From a virus, in IMG/VR virus record IMGVR_UViG_3300044491_002068, positions 1 through 64,000 of that record: a stretch of 64,000 nucleotides of DNA. One strand, written 5' to 3'. Positions 9,240 to 16,837 of the stretch are shown here, piece by piece. The position numbers were made by a program, and so were the translations under genes. A model generated the notes under the pieces. That model was not told the origin of the DNA, did no database searches, and worked only from the letters and a program-made list of their open reading frames with translations. The first letter of the stretch is position 1; each line of letters starts with the position of its first letter.

Positions 9240-10093
9240 CGTGGTGTTTGGTATGTGTAGTTACCGCTGTTGCCCGCCTGCTGTTGTGCTTTCCAACTAG
9301 CCATAGCATAATTATGAATTTCTTCATTAATGATTGCACGCAACTCTTCGTTGTCCATAAGGCTCACAGGTGGGCGAGAGTCAGGGAAAGACGGCTTAGT
9401 TGGTTGTTCATTAGACTGGCCAAAGTCACGAGAAAATCCACCGTGCTGGTGAGCATCATCGTTGTAGTCAAACATGGTCACAGCGGAATACTTAACCCCA
9501 GACTTTACTGGTAGTGCGGCGTGAGCATAGATGTATGTAGAGGGGAAAAAGACAGAATCTCCGGCTTCTGGCTTATAAGAAACATTAAGCAACGGGAAAT
9601 GTAGTTCACCGCCCTCGTAATCATCATTAAGATAAGTCACATTAGACACTGTGCAAATGTATGAGAACCCATGATCCGTGTGTACGCCGAAGTGCTCGTT
9701 CTCTCCGTAGCGAACAAAATTGATTGCTTCCATGTAGTTCATGTTGATGTTGTACATTGCCTGATAGTGCGCTAAACCATCCTTGATTCTGGACGCAACA
9801 TCATTATAGACACTCACTAACTCATCAAATTCTGCAGGTGTCTGAGCAATGTAATCTTCTGTCATCTTAAAGTCAACACAATCACGATACTCTGGCATCT
9901 TAACGCCCTCGCCTACGAGAGAGTCGTGCCACTTGAAGTATTCGTGCTCACTGTTATCTAAAGCAGAGTGTAACCTATCTGGAACATATGTAACGCCATC
10001 AAGACAATTCTTGTACACCACGATACCCAAAAGAGGGTCTCCAATGTACTCGTAGTCGAACTTTGGCTCTATGTTGGTTTTTCCGTATCCCAT
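9236..10093 (-). CDS. Prolyl 4-hydroxylase-like 2OG-Fe(II) oxygenase
   Basis: EAINFVRYGENEHFGVHTD, YLNDDYEGGEL.FP, YAHAALPVKSGVKY (Lys at the 2OG-binding position). Confidence 0.9.
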   Translation of the reverse strand: MGYGKTNIEPKFDYEYIGDPLLGIVVYKNCLDGVTYVPDRLHSALDNSEHEYFKWHDSLVGEGVKMPEYRDCVDFKMTEDYIAQTPAEFDELVSVYNDVASRIKDGLAHYQAMYNINMNYMEAINFVRYGENEHFGVHTDHGFSYICTVSNVTYLNDDYEGGELHFPLLNVSYKPEAGDSVFFPSTYIYAHAALPVKSGVKYSAVTMFDYNDDAHQHGGFSRDFGQSNEQPTKPSFPDSRPPVSLMDNEELRAIINEEIHNYAMASWKAQQQAGNSGNYTYQTPR

Positions 10094-10105
10094 GCGTCTA
10101 TAATA

Positions 10106-10681
10106 TCAAACATACCGTGTGGAGTCAAATCTTTCTAGAACATGCCAAAACGTTGTGATGTTCAGGCGCTCTCCCGAGTTAACTCTAGAAACTTGATGCA
10201 AATACTTCTCGCTGGTAGGGAAAGTGACTAGCGTCCCTGCCTTTGGGTAAAAAAATAAATCTTGGTTTGGAAGAAAAAGATCACCACCCGTGAAATCCTC
10301 ACCATGGTTACTGAAATAAACCAGTGTCGATATATCTCTAGACGGGTACCCCGCATATGTTGAAAGATTCATAGACTTTTCTTGGTAACTGTCGGCGTGC
10401 AGAGACAAATCCCACCCCTCTAATGCGCAAACGACTGACGCTAATTCCTCTACACCAACTTCGCACGAATAGTAGTCTTCGATAAAATCTTTAATTCTAA
10501 TATTTAAATCTTCCATAAGCGGGAAAAGTACTTCACTTTCTCCCGTCTGGACGTACCTGTCATAGGAGTGGCCTTCAACATCGTATCTCTTTAACATGCT
10601 GAGTTCAGAAATAAAGGTATCTAGAGCCGCACTGTCAATAAAGTTTGGGTAAACTACTACACCATCGTACTCTTTAATCAT
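10106..10681 (-). CDS. Prolyl 4-hydroxylase-like 2OG-Fe(II) oxygenase
   Basis: LHADS, FTGGDL, PKAGTLVTFP, YLHQV, GER. Likely start MIKEY (10681) overlapping the upstream stop. Confidence 0.87.
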   Translation of the reverse strand: MIKEYDGVVVYPNFIDSAALDTFISELSMLKRYDVEGHSYDRYVQTGESEVLFPLMEDLNIRIKDFIEDYYSCEVGVEELASVVCALEGWDLSLHADSYQEKSMNLSTYAGYPSRDISTLVYFSNHGEDFTGGDLFLPNQDLFFYPKAGTLVTFPTSEKYLHQVSRVNSGERLNITTFWHVLERFDSTRYV

Positions 10682-11315
10682 TGCCAGTCTCTCGCAAATT
10701 CTCAACTACTGTATAAAACGAAGGAGTAGTCCACCTTTCCCCACTGGTAATAGGGCGAACACCGTGTAAATAGTTTCTATCACCCACGAACATGACGGCC
10801 AACCCCGGCTTCGGAGTAATCTCAATGTTGTGCTGTGGGAAGTACAGGCTTCCGCCAGTAAAATCGTCGTTATAGTAAATCAACGAATTCAAATCATAAG
10901 TCGGGAATGGATTAGGGTTACCGTCGTTAAGTTCTTTGTCAGCGTGAGGTTGCTGCTCAATCCCCTCAAACCACCGCATCAAAACTGGAGGTCTACTGTG
11001 CACTTTGACATCAAAAAACGCTTCTACTTCTGACGCCATTTTAGCAATATACTTTTCAATAATCGCATACACCTCAGGGCTTTTTCTTTCGATTATCTGC
11101 CCGCTACACATTCGATCATTCCAGTACGTGGCATCATAAATGCAGACACCGTTGTCGTCGTACTCTGTCTCTTTCCCGTTTTCCCACTCATCAATCGTAG
11201 GTAGAAACTCTTGAACCTTAAGTAAATCCTCAGGATCAATGAAGTTTTCGAATACGACAATGTTCTCGGTGCTGTCACCGTAATAACCTGATGGTATGAT
11301 TGAAACTTCTTCCAT
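10674..11315 (-). CDS. Prolyl 4-hydroxylase-like 2OG-Fe(II) oxygenase
   Basis: QQPHADKE, YYNDDFTGGSLYFP, YLHGVRPITSGERWT. Confidence 0.9.
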   Translation of the reverse strand: MEEVSIIPSGYYGDSTENIVVFENFIDPEDLLKVQEFLPTIDEWENGKETEYDDNGVCIYDATYWNDRMCSGQIIERKSPEVYAIIEKYIAKMASEVEAFFDVKVHSRPPVLMRWFEGIEQQPHADKELNDGNPNPFPTYDLNSLIYYNDDFTGGSLYFPQHNIEITPKPGLAVMFVGDRNYLHGVRPITSGERWTTPSFYTVVENLRETGND

Positions 11316-11353
11316 GCCCTTATTCTAGTACCTACCTTACTCTACGTCAACAA

Positions 11354-12394
11354 TCACTTGAATGCTGGCGGGAAGTAAGGTGGGAAGAACGGTGGGAAGA
11401 ACGGAGGGAAGAACGGTGGGAAGAAAGGAGGGAAGAACGGAGGGAACCACGGCGGGAAGTAAGGAGGGAAGTAAGGTGGGAAAAAGGGAGGGAAGAAAGG
11501 AGGGAAGAACGGAGGGAAGAACGGAGGGAAATAGGGAGGGAAAAACGGTGGGAAGAAAGGCGGGAAATAAGGCGGGAAGAAAGGCGGGAAGAACGGCGGG
11601 AAATAAGGTGGAAAGAACGGAGGGAAGAACGGAGGGAAATAGGGTGGAGCGACAGGAGTTACCGTAACGCTGTTCGACCAATCTCCAACAATGTGATCGT
11701 TCTCTAACCTGCCTCGGATACTATACTCGGTACCGTTAGTCAATGTTAAAGTATCAGATGTTGCAGTAGGGTTATCTGTTGTGACTGACGATACTGTACT
11801 GCCACCGCCCGTAGGGATGGCCTCAATCCTGATATAGTTGGAATAGCCACCTTCATCGTAAAAGTCTGAGGTAGCAGCGCCTCCCCCAAAATCACCAATA
11901 ACATGCGCCGTCCATGAAACAGTAGACGCAGCGTCGTCACCGTTAGTGGCGCTGATAGTATTCATAGTGACAGGCTTGCGGACAACGATTAGGTCAGCAA
12001 TTTCCATACTATTTTGTGCCCCGTCTTCAGACGTGGTAGTCACCATAAACCTATACGAGCCTCCGGCGTTAACCTGATTTGCTGAAGACGCTCCCGATGC
12101 AACAATGTCAAATGTGAAAGATTGCTCTGAACCCTCCGCAACAGCGCCACCCGGACCTGACGCACTATAACCTAAGCCAGATTGGTTTGCGTTTGTTGGA
12201 AGGTCAGTATCGTGAGTCCACCCTCTAACATCAGCAGTTGTACCTTTTCCTACGTAAGACGGTGTGACGCCAAAAGAAACACTATTACTACTGGTACCTA
12301 TTACGGGGATAGAGCCTCCAGAAGGAGACGGCGTTGTAGTTACAGAACTTTCAGGTAACTTTCCACCTTGTCCTACATCCTTGTTAACTGCCAT
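11354..12394 (-). CDS. Putative virion-associated FN3-like protein with C-terminal (PPxF)24 repeat tail
   Basis: Ser/Thr/Gly-rich beta-type body, FN3-like end (LTNGTEYSIRGRLEN...GDWSNSVTVTP), then 24 PP[F/Y/W/A]F units and a terminal Lys. Directly follows the tail fibre gene. Confidence 0.85.
   Translation of the reverse strand: MAVNKDVGQGGKLPESSVTTTPSPSGGSIPVIGTSSNSVSFGVTPSYVGKGTTADVRGWTHDTDLPTNANQSGLGYSASGPGGAVAEGSEQSFTFDIVASGASSANQVNAGGSYRFMVTTTSEDGAQNSMEIADLIVVRKPVTMNTISATNGDDAASTVSWTAHVIGDFGGGAATSDFYDEGGYSNYIRIEAIPTGGGSTVSSVTTDNPTATSDTLTLTNGTEYSIRGRLENDHIVGDWSNSVTVTPVAPPYFPPFFPPFFPPYFPPFFPPFFPPYFPPFFPPFFPPYFPPFFPPFFPPFFPPFFPPYFPPYFPPWFPPFFPPFFPPFFPPFFPPFFPPYFPPAFK
11360..11647 (-). repeat. 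24 x 12-nt coding tandem repeat encoding PPFF (15), PPYF (7), PPWF (1), PPAF (1)
   Basis: 288 nt = 24 units; synonymous Pro, Phe and Tyr codons vary between units. Confidence 0.95.
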
Positions 12395-12405
12395 AATTGC
12401 ACGCC

Positions 12406-14919
12406 TTAGTCGGAAAGGTCACCCACTGCAACCCATGTGTCTGTCGCTCTTTTTATTAGTGTAGCAGAAGACCACTGATCACGCAACTTAAGACCCGGAG
12501 TAGCATTAATCGTCACGCCCGCACCCGCAGTAATAGTGGTCTGACCGGCCCCAGTCTGCAACACAGTTATTTGCGCACCAACCGGGAACGCAACAGAAGA
12601 ATTAGGGGGCACAGTCAACGTATTGGCTGAACCATTACTGACTTCAACCAACTTGTCCTTATCCCCTAATACTAGCGTATAACTTCCAGCCTGCGCATTA
12701 GTTTTAAGAGTAGAAGACGCAAACTCTCGCTGAGCAGAACCATCACCGACGATAATCTTATCATTCGTGGCATCCCAAGCAATGCGACCTTCTGAAGATG
12801 AAGCAGTAGTTGAAAGCAGTGAAACGGCCACTGCCGTGCCTAGCGCTGAAGCAGACAGAACGGAAGTATTGTTGATGTAGAACGCCTTACCTGAGGCAAG
12901 GTCTATATGCTCTGAAGATGTCCACGAGTCTGTAGCATCTACCCAGTTGAATGTTTTATCTGTAGTTCCTTTAAGGGTGATTCCTCCACCGTCAGCAGTA
13001 GTGTCTGTAGGTGAGCCTACAGATCCCAACTCAATATTTTTATCGTCTACTGAAATGGTGGTAGAATTTACTGTAGTCGTAGTACCATTTACAGTTAGAT
13101 CACCGCTGACTATGAGGTTATCGTCTACTGTCACGGTTCCACCGGCAGAGTCTATTGTCAAGTTTCCTAGTGATGTGTCAATTTCGTTTGTGCCAGTTAT
13201 ACCTATTTGTAAGTTTCCTGCCGTAACGTTACCAGTCACGTTACCAGTCACGTCGCCAGTCACGTTACCAGTCAAATCCCCGGTCACATCGCCTGTAACA
13301 TTACCAGCCACATTTCCTGTTAAGTCACCTGTAACGTCTCCTGTCACGTTGCCGGTCACGTTCCCTGTTACGTTCCCAGTCACATCGCCAGTGACTCCAC
13401 CAGTCAAATCTCCTGTAACATTGCCGGTCACGTTACCGGTCAGGTTACCGGTCACGTTTCCTGTTAAATCGCCCGTAAGGTCGAAGGCGGCATTAGATAC
13501 TGTGGCACCAGAAAGATTAACCGTTCCAGAGAACGTAGACGTTCCGGACGAAGTAATGTTGCCAGTAACATCACCAGTCACGGCACCTACAACGTCTCCT
13601 GTCACATTACCAGTCAAATCACCAGTAACATTACCAGTAACATCACCAGTAACATTACCTGTCAAGTTTCCGCTAACATCACCGTTAACGTTGCCAGTCA
13701 AGCCTCCAGTAACGTCAGCGTTCAGTGTAGCGTCAGACCCGTCAGTACCGGACTCTAAAATTTTACTGGTACCATTTGAAGCATACACATCTCCGGTCAA
13801 ATCCCCAACAACGTTGCCAGTAACATTACCTGTAATGTCACCAGTCACATCGCCAACAAGATCGAAAGAAGCGTTAGAGACAGTCGCACCCAAAAAGTTG
13901 ACCGATCCAGAGAAAGCAGAACTTCCAGATGACGTTATATTGCCTGTCAAGTCGCCGGTCACATCGCCAGTAACATTACCGGTCACATTGCCTGAAACAT
14001 TACCTGTAACATCACCACTCAAGTCACCAGTGACGTTTCCAGTAACGTTTCCGGTTAAATCACCTGTAACGTCACCGGTAACATTACCGGCCACGTTTCC
14101 AGTAACATTACCCGTCAAATCACCAACAACATCACCCGTGACATCGCCTGTCACATTGCCCGTCACATTACCGCTAACGTTGCCCGTCACATCACCAGAA
14201 ACGTTTCCGGTTAAATCGCCTGTAACGTCACCGGTCAAATCGCCAACAAAACTAGTAGAAGTAACAGAAGTCAAACCAGTCAACGACGAATCCATACTAA
14301 TTGTGTTGCCCGACTTAGACAGATTAGAACCAGCAGTGATAGAACTTACACCAGAAAATTGTGTGTAAACAAAAGCGTCAGTATTGAAGGTGTGTACTTC
14401 ATTGGTTCCAGTACCTTCAGAAGTTAAAATGAAACCTTGATTAGCGTTAGATGCCCCTCCCAAAACCCAAGCAGCCTGACCAGCGTACACGCTAGTGTCG
14501 CTATCGGTAGCACGAGTCAAAACGTATGCTGTGCTAACATCGCCCTGAGTTGTAACACTATAGATACCGTTCTGTACACCGGCAGCCTGATTCTTTACCA
14601 GAACACGGTCACCTGCAGTACCGTTAACACCATCTACAGAAATACGGCCATTTGAGCCAGCAGTTAACGTGGCACCTACACCTGAGGAGCCGTTATCGTA
14701 CGTGGGGGTGTTAGCAAGAACGCCTGCTGTCGCTAAATCGACAGCCTCAACCCAATGGACACCTGTCTCAACAGTTGCATCAACATAGTCAGTTGTTGCA
14801 ATACGGTCAGAAGCGTTACTAACCACGATAGACCAGTATGTTCCGTTCCATTGCCATGTACGGTTGCTGACTGTGTGGGTGTCGTTTACACTTGGGGAGT
14901 CAGGGAAGTTAATAGCCAT
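12406..14919 (-). CDS. Tail fibre protein with G[ND][VL]T tetrapeptide repeats
   Basis: N-terminal MAINFP.SP...WQWNGTYW module, GDRVLVKNQ...NGIY module, long TGNV/TGDV/TGDL tracts, C-terminal fibre-tip-like domain (VAFPVG...DTWVAVGDL). Confidence 0.85.
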   Translation of the reverse strand: MAINFPDSPSVNDTHTVSNRTWQWNGTYWSIVVSNASDRIATTDYVDATVETGVHWVEAVDLATAGVLANTPTYDNGSSGVGATLTAGSNGRISVDGVNGTAGDRVLVKNQAAGVQNGIYSVTTQGDVSTAYVLTRATDSDTSVYAGQAAWVLGGASNANQGFILTSEGTGTNEVHTFNTDAFVYTQFSGVSSITAGSNLSKSGNTISMDSSLTGLTSVTSTSFVGDLTGDVTGDLTGNVSGDVTGNVSGNVTGNVTGDVTGDVVGDLTGNVTGNVAGNVTGDVTGDLTGNVTGNVTGDLSGDVTGNVSGNVTGNVTGDVTGDLTGNITSSGSSAFSGSVNFLGATVSNASFDLVGDVTGDITGNVTGNVVGDLTGDVYASNGTSKILESGTDGSDATLNADVTGGLTGNVNGDVSGNLTGNVTGDVTGNVTGDLTGNVTGDVVGAVTGDVTGNITSSGTSTFSGTVNLSGATVSNAAFDLTGDLTGNVTGNLTGNVTGNVTGDLTGGVTGDVTGNVTGNVTGNVTGDVTGDLTGNVAGNVTGDVTGDLTGNVTGDVTGNVTGNVTAGNLQIGITGTNEIDTSLGNLTIDSAGGTVTVDDNLIVSGDLTVNGTTTTVNSTTISVDDKNIELGSVGSPTDTTADGGGITLKGTTDKTFNWVDATDSWTSSEHIDLASGKAFYINNTSVLSASALGTAVAVSLLSTTASSSEGRIAWDATNDKIIVGDGSAQREFASSTLKTNAQAGSYTLVLGDKDKLVEVSNGSANTLTVPPNSSVAFPVGAQITVLQTGAGQTTITAGAGVTINATPGLKLRDQWSSATLIKRATDTWVAVGDLSD

Positions 14920-14952
14920 AGTAATAGTTTACCATAAACTAATGTTAGACAA

Positions 14953-15081
14953 TTAATCTATACCACCTTCACTGCTGGTGCCAGAACTAGAACCAGTGAC
15001 GCTGTAGGTTGCAAACCCCACGTTGTATGGGGCGTTGAGCGTGGAGTAACTATGTGTTGGCGACGAGTAAGTCGTAGCCAT
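14953..15081 (-). CDS. Small Ser/Thr/Gly-rich ORF (42 aa), possibly a gene relic
   Basis: MATTYSSPTHSYSTLNAPYNVGFATYSVTGSSSGTSSEGGID*; ATG overlaps the upstream TGA (TGATG). Below the ORF-track cutoff. Confidence 0.45.
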   Translation of the reverse strand: MATTYSSPTHSYSTLNAPYNVGFATYSVTGSSSGTSSEGGID

Positions 15082-15887
15082 CAGGTAAACCTGAACCTTC
15101 TGGCGAGCAGAATAAAACCGTCACCAGTTACTTCAGATCCTCCGCCGTCATCAAAATAAGTAGAGAAGGATGTGCCTGATGTTTGATACAAAAACGCTTC
15201 ATAATAATGCGATGAAATTGGAGTATCAAAAAAGAAGTAGCCTGAACTCGTATCCAGATCCGACGAGCCTGATAACGGGGAGTTGTACGAGACACGCTTA
15301 TCCGATATCCACCCATGAAGAACAAAATCTCCCACATTGCAAGAACCACTCAACGTTGTTACTGCCACAGAACTAGATGGAGTATTTACCTGCGTATAGG
15401 ATCTAGAGCCTAAAGGCTCAGAAGATATAGAAACCAAATTGTTTGCGGTAATGCAATGGACATGAATAGCCCAGTCAAAACCTGTATCGCCTGCTGGGCA
15501 AAGACCCGAAATTTGCAAATTGCTAGGAAGAGTGCCCGACGCAGGCAACTGAAGAATGGTTATACTTTGCCAAACATCTACAATTGTGTCACCATGTAGA
15601 TCATTGCTCCAAACAGTTGAATAACCAGACACATTTGAAATACTTGCAGAATTGCCAGAAGAATTGCCTCCATCTTCAGCAAATTCGTGAATAATTAAGA
15701 AATCGCCATTTGAAGCACCCAAAGTTGAAGTAGAAACAGTCAGGACATCCTGTCTCGCAGATGCGTAAGCAGAACCGTTATAGGTAGGTGGGATGTAGTC
15801 AACCCAAACCTCGTTAGTCCCCATATAGATTTTGTCTACCTGAGAAGAGCCAACCTTGAAACTATCTGCATCATTCAAGACAGGCAT
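15081..15887 (-). CDS. Minor tail / putative receptor-binding protein
   Basis: N-terminal FKVGSSQVDKIYMGTNEVW adaptor motif typical of fibre-associated proteins; Ser-rich beta-type remainder. Confidence 0.65.
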   Translation of the reverse strand: MPVLNDADSFKVGSSQVDKIYMGTNEVWVDYIPPTYNGSAYASARQDVLTVSTSTLGASNGDFLIIHEFAEDGGNSSGNSASISNVSGYSTVWSNDLHGDTIVDVWQSITILQLPASGTLPSNLQISGLCPAGDTGFDWAIHVHCITANNLVSISSEPLGSRSYTQVNTPSSSVAVTTLSGSCNVGDFVLHGWISDKRVSYNSPLSGSSDLDTSSGYFFFDTPISSHYYEAFLYQTSGTSFSTYFDDGGGSEVTGDGFILLARRFRFT

Positions 15888-15890
15888 GGC

Positions 15891-16640
15891 TCAACCAACA
15901 ATCACATACAACGTGTTTGCGTCAGGTGTCAAAGCGTCATACGCTGATTGCGTCAACTGAACAATAGTGTAAATATCTGATGAAACTGGAACTCTCGTAC
16001 CATTGGAGTTGATGACTCCATTGACATCTAACGGCACGCTAGGTGTCGTTGTACCAATACCGACATTGCCAGAAGCATCAATAATCATCCGCTCCGAACC
16101 GGCAGTATCAAAACGAATCTTATCCTCATCCGAAGACTCCTCAACCTGAATCTTCGTATCCTCATCCAAATCCGTAATAAAAGGAGACGCAGGCGGCGAA
16201 GCACCAACCTCAATCCAAAACGAATCATAATACACAAACGTCTTACCCGTATCAGACTCATACCAAATCTGACCAACAGACGGAGAACCCGGAGCAGTAT
16301 CAGACACCGTAGCATACGCAGTAATATCAACCCACGAAATAGTGCCAGCACCATTAGTCTGCAACACCTGAGAAGTAGACCCATCAGAAGTTGGAAGAGT
16401 AAACTGGTCCGTAACAGCCAAAGACGTGGCAGTAAAAGCATCATCCGTCTTCAGAGTGTCAGCAGAATCACGATACAAAGTCGTGTCACCAGTGGCAGAA
16501 CCAGAACCCCAAGTAATCTTACCGCCCGCATCAATATTTATACGGTTCTGTGAATCACCATCCACATTTGCGGCGATAGCCTGCGACGATGCAGACCCCA
16601 ACTCGTCTAAAGTTATAGGAGTTTTAAACTTCTTTGCCAC
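15891..16640 (-). CDS. Tail fibre-associated protein
   Basis: GTG start after GAGG; modules TLYRDSADTLKTDD, GQIWYESDTG, GNVGIGTTTP and C-terminal LTQSAYDAL...TLYVI. Confidence 0.75.
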   Translation of the reverse strand: MAKKFKTPITLDELGSASSQAIAANVDGDSQNRINIDAGGKITWGSGSATGDTTLYRDSADTLKTDDAFTATSLAVTDQFTLPTSDGSTSQVLQTNGAGTISWVDITAYATVSDTAPGSPSVGQIWYESDTGKTFVYYDSFWIEVGASPPASPFITDLDEDTKIQVEESSDEDKIRFDTAGSERMIIDASGNVGIGTTTPSVPLDVNGVINSNGTRVPVSSDIYTIVQLTQSAYDALTPDANTLYVIVG

Positions 16641-16707
16641 GGCCTCAACCGATCCTTAAACAGAAAGTGCCCTCAAGCACAATACTAGTACTACACTTAG
16701 TATACAC

Positions 16708-16744
16708 AAAGAGGTGGGGCCAGTCATTCAACCAACCCCACCCC
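16708..16744 (-). terminator. Intrinsic terminator-like hairpin downstream of the second G[ND][VL]T fibre gene
   Basis: GGGGTGGGGTTGGTT-GAAT-GACTGGCCCCACCTC followed by TTTGT on the minus strand; G-U wobbles fit this strand. Confidence 0.65.
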
Positions 16745-16837
16745 TCGTCGGGTATTTCCTCGCCTGCACGGCGTAACTACCGTCCCCACTGTAACCATGG
16801 ACTCGGTAGCGCCACGGATGTTTACCGTGACATCTTA

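Noticed and set aside
2-11315. Oxygenases as TET/JBP or AlkB DNA-modifying enzymes
   Set aside because: Motifs look P4H-, TIGR02466- or TauD-like and the context is structural genes rather than DNA modification genes; not excluded without an HMM search.
11360-11647. Possible CRISPR array or non-coding satellite
   Set aside because: 12-nt units without spacers, in frame within a CDS; no cas genes.
11300-11707. ORFs with REER, GRTE and LPSV repeats (11300..11707 +, 11362..11667 +, 11337..11681 -)
   Set aside because: Alternative-frame shadows of the PPxF repeat; variation is synonymous only in the PPxF frame.
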